A DNA stretch of 64,000 nucleotides from Podarcis liolepis. Its lineage: Eukaryota. The stretch's first letter is position 1; the number at the start of each line of letters is the position of its first letter. The notes under the pieces were generated by a model. That model did not search any database. It saw nothing but the letters and a program-made list of their open reading frames with translations, and was not told where the DNA came from. Below are positions 14,194 through 26,516 of this stretch, in pieces. The stretch lies in NCBI GenBank assembly GCA_965112155.1, contig OZ218100.1; one strand, 5' to 3'. The position numbers and the translations under genes are program-made.

Positions 14194-14594
14194 CATGTAC
14201 ACCTGCATGATTTTTGGTAGCAGGATTATTTTAAGGTAGGGTGGGGAATCTCAAGCCCAGGAACTGAATGTTGGCCTCAGGACTCTCCCAAAGCCACATC
14301 CTCTGTCCCCAGGACACGCCTCTGCACTGCGCTCTTGAGAGCTTCTGCCTGGCTAGAATGTGCCAGTAAGCTGGTGACAATGCCCCTAGCTTGTGTCCAA
14401 GTTCATATGTGTAGAAGCTACTGGCTTTTGCGTGGCTGGAGTGCTCCTTCCACTTTTGCCTCTGGTTCCAGCCCCAACCACCGCCACCTAACCACAGCAA
14501 GGCTGGCCTTGAGAAAGTACAACCCCAGAGCTGGAAAGGAAGCTTCCCATACTGATCAGATAACATTGCCCGTTAGCAGCTTTTAAGCATTTTA

Positions 14595-15106
14595 ACAAAC
14601 CTAGACAGCATCTTAAAAAGCAGAGACATCACCTTGCCGACAAAGGTCCGTATAATTAAAACTATGGTTTTCCCAGTAGGGATGTATGGAAGTGAGAGCT
14701 GGACCATCAAGAAGGCTGATCGCCAAAGAATTGATGCTTTTGAATTATGGTGCTGGAGGAGACTCTTGAGAGTCCCACGGACTGCAAGAAGATCAAACCT
14801 CTCCATTCTTAAGGAAATCAGCCCTGAGTGCTCACTGGAAGGACAGATCCTGAAGCTGAAGCTCCAATACTTTGGCCACCTCATGAGAAGAGAAGACTCC
14901 CTGGAAAAGACCCTGATGTTGGGAAAGATTGAGGGCACAAGGAGAAGGGGACGGCAGAGGACGAGATGGTTGGACAGTGTTCTTGAAGCTACCAGCATGA
15001 GTTTGACCAAACTGTGGGAGGCAGTGGAAGACAGGAGTGCCTGGCGTGCTCTGGTCCATGGGATCACAAAGAGTCGGACACGACTAAACGACTAAACAAC
15101 AACAAC
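14595..15106 (+). mobile_element. BovB (RTE) LINE, 5'-truncated
   Basis: ESWTIKKADRQRIDAFELWCWRRLLRVP..SLEKTLMLGKIEG; (AAC)n tail. Confidence 0.95.
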
Positions 15107-15758
15107 AGCTGCATGGAAGCAATCTTTGGCAGAATCTAAGGCTGTCATGTAATAGGAGGACAGAAACCAGTTTACGTGGATCCTTGGGATCAGCCCTTCA
15201 TTCCCAAATAACTCAGTACAGTATATGTGGATGCAGCATTAATGCAGGAACCTCGGAGCAGCCAACTGGCTGTCACTTTATTGCTGCCATCTCAAGCAGT
15301 GTTTAAACGAGATGGAAACTACCCTTTGGTGTAGTTATATCATGGCCAGAAACTCAATAAAGTTATTATCTGGGTTGACAAGCCCTTGGCTGACACTGGA
15401 ATTAAGCAGATCAGAGTACAAAAGCAAGTGAAGGATTTGAGAAGCTGTAACTTGCTTTGCCACCCAGTAAGTGTAGGGAAATCGCTCAGCTTAGCAACTG
15501 CTGTTTGACAGAGGGAGGTGCCTCAAGCCTCAGCTTAATGGGTTGAGGACTGCTCCGCACTTCACCTGTAAACCATCTGCAGAGCTGCCTCTGCTGGGGA
15601 CAAACAGGTACTCTGAAAGATTGAGAAGCCTACCTTGCTCCACCCAGTGACTCAGTTGCCACCAACTGTAAATACTTCCCCTGTAAACAGAGCTTCAGTT
15701 GAGTGAAAGCAAACAGGAGAGGAGAGGAAAAGAAGTCTTCTCCACAATCACCCTAAAA

Positions 15759-15801
15759 ATGCACGTAACAGAAGGGCCCAGAACCGAGACTCCAGGAACA
15801 G
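15759..15801 (+). CDS. RGS22/RGSL1-like exon 1, coding part (MHVTEGPRTETPGT)
   Basis: aaaATGc start; CAG|GTGAGT phase-1 donor fits exon 2. A possible acceptor at 15690 leaves the true start uncertain. Confidence 0.55.
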
Positions 15802-18800
15802 GTGAGTATAATTTCTTCTCGATAGGGATGCTGGAGAAGTCAATCAAATGGAAATGGGAGCACAAATCACCACTATTGGCACATTCATTTGAGGTCAGGA
15901 ATGGAAATCATGTCCAGAAATTTATGTAAACCATTACATTTTTTTCTGCATTGTTTTTTATTTTTCCCTTCCATCGAAATGCATTGAAATTAATTGCACA
16001 ATTGATTGCTTTGGTTTTGGCCTAGATGAATAATGTAGGTTTTAGCAGAAACTGAACTGTAGCAGAAGAGAAAGAGTGCTGATTGTGATAAGCACAGGAC
16101 AGGGTGAAAATTGCTGCCTCCTTACATTCCTTACTGCTGAATAATGGTCTGATTCAGGGATAAGTGCATGAGTTGGAGGATGAGCCTTTTGAAATGAACT
16201 TCATCCTGGGGGGGATGGAGCTGGAATGAAGCTATAGCCATGTAATAGTTTCACAGAACGGCAAGCTTCCTTTTTGTGTGTGGCCATGTCATATATGTGC
16301 TTCTGCTCTGGCTTTTGCTCTTCCCAAAAGGGATGTCCCACTTGAAAACCATAGAGAGACATTCCAGGCAGCAGCAGTGAGTGGTTGCTAGGCAACCACA
16401 TTCTAGAGAACAGTTTAGGGATGGGCAATGTAGCCAAGAAGTGGAAAAAGAGATCTGAGTTTTTCAGCTGCCTGAGAGGAGCCTGTGTTTGGGGGTATGC
16501 AGTTTAGAAAGAGATGAAGAAGTTCCAAAAAGATGTAGGATGTGAACTTAGAGGTCATCCAGTGAAACCAATTAACTACAGGTGTGAGACGGACCAAGGG
16601 AAGTACTTCTTTACACAACCTATCATTAACATATGGAACTCATAGCCACAAGATGTGGTGATGGACCAGTGGTTTTGATGGCTTCAAAAAGAGAGGATAC
16701 ATTCACAAGGAAAGGTCTATCAGTATGAAGCTTCCATGTTCAGAGACAGTTAAGCTTTTCATATGGTCATTCAGAGATAAGGCTTGTGCGTCCAAAGGTA
16801 ACTTGATGAGCGTCTACTCTAAATCAAAGAGTCTAAGAGTGGAATGGAATGGCTGCAAGTTACTGAAGGTTGACTTTTAGACTCATTCAATTACTTATGT
16901 TTCTGTCTTCCTTTTCTGTTGTGATCCTTCTTTACATCTGGCTCCTTCCAACAAAACTCAAACTTTCCTCTCCCACCTGTTGCCTGTTGAAATGCAGGGA
17001 GAAAAAAGGGAAAGGTGCCACAGAAAAATTGAGGCCAAACTCAAGGAAAACATGCAGTTAAATACAATTATCAATCAAAATAATTTATTTCCATTTCTGC
17101 TTTACCATATGGTTAAAGATGCTTTGAAATTTAAGAGGAATATTTACCTTACTGTGTTTTTTTTTTTAAAAAAGAAATTTATTTGCATTTTCAAAAACGG
17201 GAACAGAGAGCATACCTTACTATGTACTAAATAGTCCCTGGATTGACCTTCATGTATTTTAAACTTTCATTTATAGCCCAACCCTCCCTGAAGCTCAGGC
17301 TGGCATGCATGATTTAATCCTCGCAATTATTATGTGAGGTAGGTTAACATAAGTAGTGATTGGCTGAAGGTCACCCAATGAGTTTCATGACTGGAAGTTT
17401 GAACCTGGGTCCTCCCAGTTTGATACTCTAACCATTACATCAGGGGGTTGCTATCATGTGCCATCCAGTACCTTCCCAGGTACCCTTGGGCATCCCCATT
17501 CAGCTGTAACAGTGTCTCCACGACATCTCCCCCAAGAGTCCCTGTCAAGGTTGACTAGAAGACTCTTGCTGGTTTTCAAATATTCTCAGGGACGGACTTT
17601 GGTAATCCTTCATAATATGGCACCCTGCATGAGGCCAAAATTTGGTGCCCCCAAATAGATCTTCTGAATTGTGGCTCTTCTCAATTTTGTGTCCCCCTCA
17701 GTTCGGTGCCCTGTCTGGGGGGCGGAACTGCCTGCACCACGCTAAATCCAGCGCTGCTATTCTGTTTGCTGTTACTCCACCCTTCGATATTTTCACTGCT
17801 ATGGAATGTAGATATTAGTTCTGCTTATCTCATGCATTGCTGTGACATGCTCTATGGGGAGCTGGCTTCAGGCAACAGGCCAATTGGCAGACCAACTCTG
17901 CATTACGAAAACCTCTGCAAATGTGACATGGTGGCTGGCAACATCAACCCTGCCTTGTGGGAATCCCTTCCAGATGACCTCAGTGGCTGGAGACAGACAG
18001 TCATGTCGTGTATCCATAGCAGTGACCAGAGAAAGAATGACTGCTGGGAGGAGTGCAGAAAGAGCAAACACCATGGTGCATCTGCAGCAGCCCAACCAGA
18101 CACCTACATCTTCCCCAGCTGCAACAAAACATGTCTCTCCTGTATCGGTCTCTACAGCCACAGCAGGCTCTGTAACCATCCAGCAATTTGACCCCCAAAG
18201 CCACACTCCTCCATTGTCTCCTGAAACAGATGGATACCAGCAGTGGCAACAAATGTTGTGGTGTTTTCTCACTATCTGGAACACTGTATTTTAAAGTAGG
18301 GTGTTGCTCTATCTTCACTTTCTGATTAAAGGTTTATACATACTGTTATAATGGTGTCCTTTCAAATGTTTCCTCTTCTTTTTGGAATCATAGAATTGTA
18401 GAGTTGGAACGGGCCCCCCAGGGTCATCTAGTCCAACGCCCTGCAATGCAGGAATCTCAACATGTGGTCCCTGCATTCAATTTGAAACCAGACCAGACCC
18501 TGCTTAGCTTTGCAAATGTGCTAGCAGTTTTATTCTGTTGCTTTTAAGTCTGCAAAGCCATATCTTGTGTGTAATATTGTGTGTGTGCAATATTAAATTA
18601 TTCAGACCGGTTTTGTATGCATCCCCCAAGATAGTGTTCACATTACATCTGAAGCACAAGATTAAATACACACAAATCTCACACACCCTGCCCAGCCTTC
18701 TTTATTACACACATGGATGGGGTTGTGATATATGGAAAGAAATAAAAAGCCATCCTCAAAACACACCAAAACTTAAATGAGCATTAAAAAATTACCTCAC

Positions 18801-21800
18801 AAGAATTGCAGGTATCCAAATCTTTCAAATCTGAAACCTGAAGAAAATACTGAGAGAGACAAGCCATTTCTCAATCTCAGCAGAATATCTTCCTCATTAC
18901 GTATACACTTTCCAGAGTGGCCATTTTAGTCTCTTACAGGAAAAAACAACTCATTTTTATTGCACCCGAAAGACTAACCAAACTATTAAGATATAACTTC
19001 AGGTGCATCTGATGAAGTGAATTGTAGTCTAGAAACATTTATGCCATAATTTGTTAAGGTGCCACAAGACTCTGTTATTACATGATTTACTTGTGACTAT
19101 GATATGATACCTCCAAAATGTAGTACTTCAGCATATTTTTTGTGGAGCCATTCTGTCTTAACTGAGATGTTCTGAGCTCTGGCTGCCATCAGCTCCTGTT
19201 AAAGTATCCATGAATGATTCCAGATGAGGCTTCCCTTATGCAAACCAATGATATCTTGCTCCTGGGTGTTGCAGAGGTCTGTGTAAGGCTTGTAGACCTC
19301 GGTGTCTTACATTGCTGCCTTGGTTTTTGATTTTGTTTCAGAGCACGAGCTTCTAGAGGAGCTGCTGACTTATGATGACCTCTTTCTGGAAACATTCAAT
19401 GCTTTTCTGGCTATGCCTGTGAGTAGAGGTCACATCTTTCCCTGTTATCTGAACTCTGGGTTTTGGCTGGGTTAGAAGGATACTTTCACAGTTGTAACAT
19501 GCTGTTCTTCTCAGAGAACAGTGCATTGGGGTTTGATTTTTTTTAATGTAAACAGCTGGTGGGTGGGGGATATTTGTGGGAAAGGGCTGCATGCAAAAGG
19601 TCCCAGGTTCAATCCCTGGTGTCTCCCAAGTGGGGATATGAAGTGTCTCTTCCTGAAATTCTAGAAAGCCACTGCTTAGTAGGTGTGGATAATACTGAGC
19701 TAGATGGACCAGTGGTTTGACTTGGTATAAAGAAGGTTTCTATAAGATCAGGACTGGGCAAGGAGAATTAATCCTTGCCCCACCTCACACTGTAACTCTG
19801 ATGAATATATATGCAAATGGAGATTTCATTCCCAGGGTTAATAATGGCTCCAGGAAGGAATTTTCATTGGGATCACAGTGGATGCGGGGAGAAGGGCAAA
19901 TAGCAGAGGTGGCCAGGATCCATTGGGACTGGTAGGTCAGAAAGCTGGGAGACCAACAGCAGGGGGAGCCAGAGCCCATGGAAGACAGAACCAAGTAATT
20001 CCATTTGTGTCCCCATCTTCCATTCCTGGCCTCTCACCTCCCATGACATATTTTAAAAAACATTTTATAAATGTGAGGCATGGCTGAAGATATGCATAAG
20101 CACATTTGCATTTTTTAAAACAAACAAACAGTTACTTGTTTGATGCAATGGAGTAAGGACAAGACGAAATGCTTGCTTAGTTGCCCTTCCAGCATTCCAC
20201 TTTCTGGCATATATATTTGTAGCACCAGTTGCAAAGCTAGGTTTTAATAGCTGCTGAAGGACCTGTGGTGAGTGACTGCTCAGAAATACTCTGTGCTCAT
20301 ATTCTTCTTAGAACTAAAAGTGACCTCTGCAGACACTGTTCTACCGGCCTTTCAGGTGATGTGTCACTTTCCTGCCTAAAGGGATGCTTTTTCTCTTTCA
20401 AGTAGGCTTTCCCTCTTAGACTGCATTACGACCGGCTGACAGGACGACTGCAGGAGCTGGATGGCTTCCTCTTGCCAATTGGGTCCAATTCCCTTTGCTA
20501 TGGAGCAACCGATACAGAGAGGGAAAGGGCCCTGAGCTGGTTAGCGCAGGAGCGCTTCCTCCCATTTCAAAGGTTGAGCACTGGATCTGTTTGCATTTTC
20601 CTATACAATGCTCTGCACTATTTCTTACCTTTCCGTTGACCTGTCACATTGCAGGTGTTTTCCATGCTTCAGATATGGGTTCAGGGTTTTGTTCCTGCTG
20701 CTGTGAATTCCTATGTGTCTATAACATGGTTGAAGTCATTTTAATCTTGCAAAGAGGGAAATGGACAGGAAACACGGAAGCCATTGAATGTCATGTAGTG
20801 TGTAATATGCCCATTCTACAGATCAGTGAGTCTCTGACATCCAGCAGTTTTATTTGTTTGGCCCAGTCATGATCACAGCTAGAACAACAGAACCAGTTCC
20901 TGTGCTTAATTTCATCCCATGTTATATTGGGCCCCTTAATTACTTTCAGAAGCGGCACTGAGCTCTGGGACATGACTCCTTCCATCCAGTATTGCATTAA
21001 TCGCAGGCAACCAAAGAGGATAATTTGAGCATGTAATTTTCCTTCCCTCATAGGTAACAACAGCAAAGAGACTAAGGAGCTTGAATAGATATTCTCATGC
21101 TGTGTCCAAGCAAATCTGTCCCAGGTTGCAGTCACGTGGGATGAAGAACCATTGCCTACCATGGACTTCAGAATAAGGGTGCATATGATTGAGATGCAAA
21201 TCAAGAAATAAACTACTTGAGCACCCACAAATGCAACCAAAGGCATTTCCCATGTTAGAAAACCTGCCAATACCTTGTGGTGCAGGGTTAGGGAACCTGT
21301 GGCCCTTCTGATTGTTGAACTCCAACTCCCATCAGTCCCAGCCAGCAGGGCTAAGGGTCAAGAATGATGGGAGCTGTAGTCCAGCAGCATCTAGAGATCC
21401 CCTCCAGTGCTAAAGATAGAACTAACCAGCCTAAAGCCCATGTTGCAATATAAGAACAAATTTACTGAAGAAGTGTGCATGCACACGAAAGCTCATACCA
21501 ATAACAAACTTAGTTGGTCTCTAAGGTGCTACTGGAAGGAATTTTTTTCATTTTGTTTTGACTACGGCAGACCAACACGGCTACCTATCTGTAAACAAAT
21601 TTTCTGTCACAGAAGTGTGTGCAAGTAGAGTTTCTGAAGGGTGTGTGTGTGTGTGTGTGAATCATGTTCCCCTTTTCCAATTTGTAAAAGTTAACAGTTT
21701 AACTGTGAATATGATGAATGTACCACCTAAAATAATTTTCTAAATGGTAAAGTGGGCTTAGAATAATGCTTTGCAGCCCTTCCTGTGGCCTGGTGCCCTG

Positions 21801-24800
21801 AGCTGTCGCTGTTTCTGAAGTGTTCATTTGCTGCCTGTTTCCTGCTAGGACTCTTTTTTACCTGGAGTATAAACTGGCAAAGCTGTTGCTGTGTCCTCTG
21901 GATGAGAAGTACCCAGAGAGTCGCTACGCAATTCGTGGGTTCAGTCGCCAGTCTGACAGCACTGCCATCTCCAGCATCCCCAGCCATTCATCAACAGAGC
22001 GGCAGCCCACTGGAGTCCCAAGCCATGTGCTGCTAAGACTTCCTAGCCAAACACGCAGTACTCCGGCCTGCCTAGGTGAGTCTCCCTCAGCTGCTGTCTT
22101 CTGCACCCTCAGGAGTGGATCTCCTCAGCCATATCTTGGTCCCTTTCCACTGCTGGAGAGATGCCTGTCAGTCTCTTCGCATGTTTAGCTCTCAGACTGG
22201 TTGGCTGGAAAGAAGACAAAACTATGGTGTGTGACTGCACTTGGAATACTGTGTATAGTTCTGGTTGCCTCACTTGAAAGGTATTTTAGAGATGGAAAAT
22301 GTGCAGAAAATGGTAATGATCAAGTACCACCTCCTTTGTCCAGCAATAGCAACCTTTTTACGCAGCTGCCATCTCCTAATAGCCATTGATAGATTTGTTG
22401 TCAGTGAATTTGTGGCTAGTTCTTTTTAAAGTAATCAAAAGTAAAATTATTTATGTTGCCTTGACCATGTCAAAAGGGAGTTTGGAAAATGACTTAGATG
22501 GGGCAGGATCCAAGCCTTTCTACTGTCCCATGAACCCATTGCACTTGCTTCCATTCTACACCTAGGTGGGGAGCAAGCCTCGCCATCCATCAGCTCATCT
22601 GTAAACATTTTCTTTCTGATCCCTCTAACCTTCTGTCTCCATGCTTTCCTGCAGGACATTTTGTAAGATCATCTGGCCAAACCTCCACTGAGATATCTTT
22701 GGAGTTCCCAGGTATCTTGAGTTTAGCTCTATCTCCAGCCACAGAACATCTGAGCAGGCTCCAGCTCCAGAGACTCCTGTCTGACTCCAGCGTACGAAGA
22801 GCAACTGGTAGGAACCCTGCAGCTAGGTTGGGGAAATTGGAGGTTGGGTAAGAGCTAGCTGGAAAAGGGTGCATTCGTTGCCCTGGCCCCTGGAAGGAAG
22901 TGCTTTCGAAGGTCAGCTATTTGTGATTTTGCTTCTGATATGCATCCTCTTACAGGAAGGCTCAGAAGTGGCTGGACCAATGCAGGTGAGCCGGTGGTAA
23001 CTCCAATTCATCTAAGCAGGGCTGCTCTCGCCTCCTCGCCTGATCAAGAATTCACTGAACTTCACATGGATGGGTAAGTCTGGCTGCTAAAAGTGCCATG
23101 ACGAGAATACTAAATTATTTCTAACCAAGTTAATGTAATGTTTTCCTGCCAGATGAAATGGCCTTGTGAAACCTGAAATCTGTTGTCCAATGTGTACAGC
23201 ACATCTCACTTTTCATGGTGACTATGAATTCAAGTTTTCCATGCTTGTGAGTTATCTAATGCAAAATGCTGTTGCCAGAATATTTACTGGATAAAGGTTA
23301 TCAGAACAGAATTACATCCATATTGGTTGATCTACAATGGTGGCCAGTCCATTACTGTGTCCACTTTAAGGCAATTGTTTTAAGCTTTAAAAACCTAAAA
23401 CCGCTTGGGACCTGAGTACTTTACAGACTGCTTTCTTCCATATGTTCCTCCCTGCATGCCTTGTTCATCTTATGAGAATATGATCCAGATTTCTTGGCTG
23501 CCTGAAGCACAGCAACACGGTGTTCTGCTTTATCAGTGGTGGCGCCCATTCTGTATATTGTACAGGCATGTTGTAATAGTATATTTCTTACATCAGACTA
23601 AATGAACTTTGATATCCCTTTGAACTATCTAATTCTGTTAATGCCCTAAGATTTGCCTGCAAAAAGCTGTCCCCATCAATTGTCTGGTTTTGACACACTG
23701 TTCCATCTGTTCCTTTCGAAGTTGTCGGAAGCCATTTTCAGGTTCTGGGAAGGTTTTGCAGTTTGACTTGAATGAGACAAGGAACTCCCAGGAAGGGGAA
23801 GGGGACACATTTATTTCGCCTTGCTTTGGAAGTGCCGCTCTGCAGCAGCTAAAAGAAGAGATCCTAGGGACTGTGAGTAATGTGGCATCCTGGTGAGAAA
23901 CTTGGCTTGGAGGCATTCTCTCTATCCAGTTCATTTTCCCCACTTCCTGACTTATATGGATCCATCTATATAGCATAGCTCAGTCGGTTAGAGGGTGATG
24001 CTGTTAAATGCCAAGGTTGCAGGTTCGATTCCCATAAGGGACAGTTGCATATTCCTTCATTGCAGGGGTGTGGATTATATGATCCTCAGGGTCCTTCCCA
24101 AGTCTCTGATTCTATGATCTTGTATTGCGATGGTGACTACCAAAGGCACAGGAGAAAAGGTGGTTGTCTCACTCTGTTCAATGATGATGTGAACTGCAGT
24201 GTTAACAACAGTGGCCCTATTAGGGCATTCGGTCTCCATGCATGTAGAACCCCCCCCCCACTAGGTTTAGATCAGGGGTCTGCAACCTTTAAGACAAAAA
24301 GAGCCACTTGGACCCGTTTCCGAAGAAAAACAACAACTGGGAGCCGCAAAACTATTGCGACATTTAAAGCAAGCGCGCCGCTGCCCTCCGATCTGACAGC
24401 GGGCAGGAAGGTGACGTTGGGACGGTGCGTGACTAACGCACGCACCGCCCCAATGCGACGTCACAGCCAGTACAGCGCCCGCCACAGTGGGGAGTGTTGG
24501 GGCGCACAATGTGCCTCCTCCCCTCGCTAGTATCCGCCCCGGAGCTGCGGCAAAGGTGTAAAAGAGCCGCATGCGGCTCCGGAGCCGCGGGTTGCAGACC
24601 CCTGGTTTAGACTGATTAAAGTTATAGATTGCTTCCCACTTAGAAAAGTCCCAACACAGTTTACAACCAAAATAGAAATGTAATAATAATAATAAATTGC
24701 ACAAACATGTTAAAGACATAGTAAAGAATACAGTGTCATGAAAGAATTAGTTCTCAAGGTAACCACCCAGAACATGACAAACAGTCAGTTGAAAGGAAAA

Positions 24801-25460
24801 CACTTTGCCCGATGCTGAAACAATGGCAAAGTTGGTGTCAGGTGGACCTCCCTGAGGAGAGCATTCCATAGACAGGCATTCCATACTACAGAAAAGACCC
24901 ATTCAGGGCTGTACTTGGCACGAGGGGCCTCCATGAGTAAATTGGGTAAAAATGGCATGTTAGTAAGGGCAGGGCTTCGAAGCACCATACCCCCCACTTC
25001 TCCCTGCATGTAACTTTCCCCATTTTTCCCTCTTGTGCAACGTAGCCATAGAATGGGCCCTCAGATGTATAGCTGTGGGTAGGCGGCATTCCCTTCTCCT
25101 CTCAGGTGCTTACAGCTCTACCAGCTATTTCCCCCCTCCCTCCCTCCCTCTTGTATTGCAGAGGGCTGGCATGGACAGCTTCAGGGAGTTCCTCCATGGC
25201 ACACTGGGAATCCACCTCCTTGACTTCTGGATTGACTGTGAGGATATTATGGAGTACACCACACGCCTGGAGAAGGCCAGAACTGCATCCCAGGAGATCC
25301 AGCTGTTCTTTTTCAGCGCTCTTCGGTATGGATGCAAATGATTTTTTCAAACTAGATGTGGAGGAGAATGGCTATACAGATGTGACATGGGAGATCCCTG
25401 ACTGGGTCTTTTATAAAGCACTTGTTGCAGTGCTGTAGCTACAGGGAGCAAGGGCCTAGC

Positions 25461-25511
<51 letters not shown>

Positions 25512-26479
25512 TACCCTGGGTGAAGCCGCCAGAGGGGTGCCATTGAGGCTTCCAGCCTGTGTGTGTACACAAATGCACACGGGGGTGTGTGTGAGCCAAA
25601 TTGGGTCTTTGACCTGGATGAAATAAAGCCTAGTTATGCCCCTGCTTGTTAGCTGGCAGAAGATGCTTAACCCTTTCCTTCATGCTGTTTACCAAAACTG
25701 TATCACCTTCAAAGCTGCTATTAGCTCCACAGCATGGATAAAAATGCGGGCACCTATGAGATGACTGTGGGGCTAATATCGATGCTGGTGCCAGTGTGGT
25801 GTAGTGGTTAAGAGCGATAGACACGTAATCTGGGGAACCCACAGCCTCTCAGCCCCACTCACCTCACAGAGTGTTTGTTGTGGGGGAGGAAGGGAAAGGA
25901 GAATGTTAGCCGCTTTGAGACTCCTTAAAGGGAGTGAAAGGCGGGATATCAAATCCAAACTCTTCTTCTCTTCTTCTTCTTTGCACCACACGGTCACCAC
26001 TTCAGTGTTTCTTAAACATCTGGGTGGTATCACACTAGAAGAGAGCCCCATGCAGGCTGACGCCATGATGTGTTAGCAACAAATTGGCTCTATGAGTTAC
26101 GTGGCCCACCCACTTGCCCCACCAAATCTAAGTTTCTGGCTCGGCCAGCTTGCACTCAGCTCAGACTTTTCCTGCTCTAGCTTTTCCCTCCTCTTTTGTT
26201 GGCAGGAGCATTCAAGCCAAGTACAAGCTGATGCTTCCTCCTGCCTGTCGGGTGAGTAATGCTGCTTGGGGGGCAGGTGCCCCTGCGTTTTTCCAGGTCG
26301 CAGCTTTAAGAGAACCTTTGCTCTCCCCCGGGGAAACTGACAAATCTGCCAACTGCGTAGCTCAGCTGCTAGCCTGCATGGGGGTGGAAGCCCAGGGACA
26401 AATGTCTACCTCCTACCACCTCCTCTGTCAGGAAAATTCTTTGTTTCCTGAAGCTGTAGCCTGAATCTCATGATGGGTG

Positions 26480-26516
<37 letters not shown>

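Noticed and set aside
1-15000. TCTE1 or MYMX coding exons expected from mammalian 6p21.1 synteny
   Set aside because: No TCTE1 peptide (e.g. RRIIAEDPEWSL) or myomixer AxLxCxL motif was found in the ORF track or in the segments I translated by hand.
14573-15067. 164-aa minus-strand ORF
   Set aside because: It is the antisense frame of BovB.
23972-24045. tRNA gene
   Set aside because: The acceptor stem is broken and the sequence runs into a CR1-type tail, so it is a SINE head.
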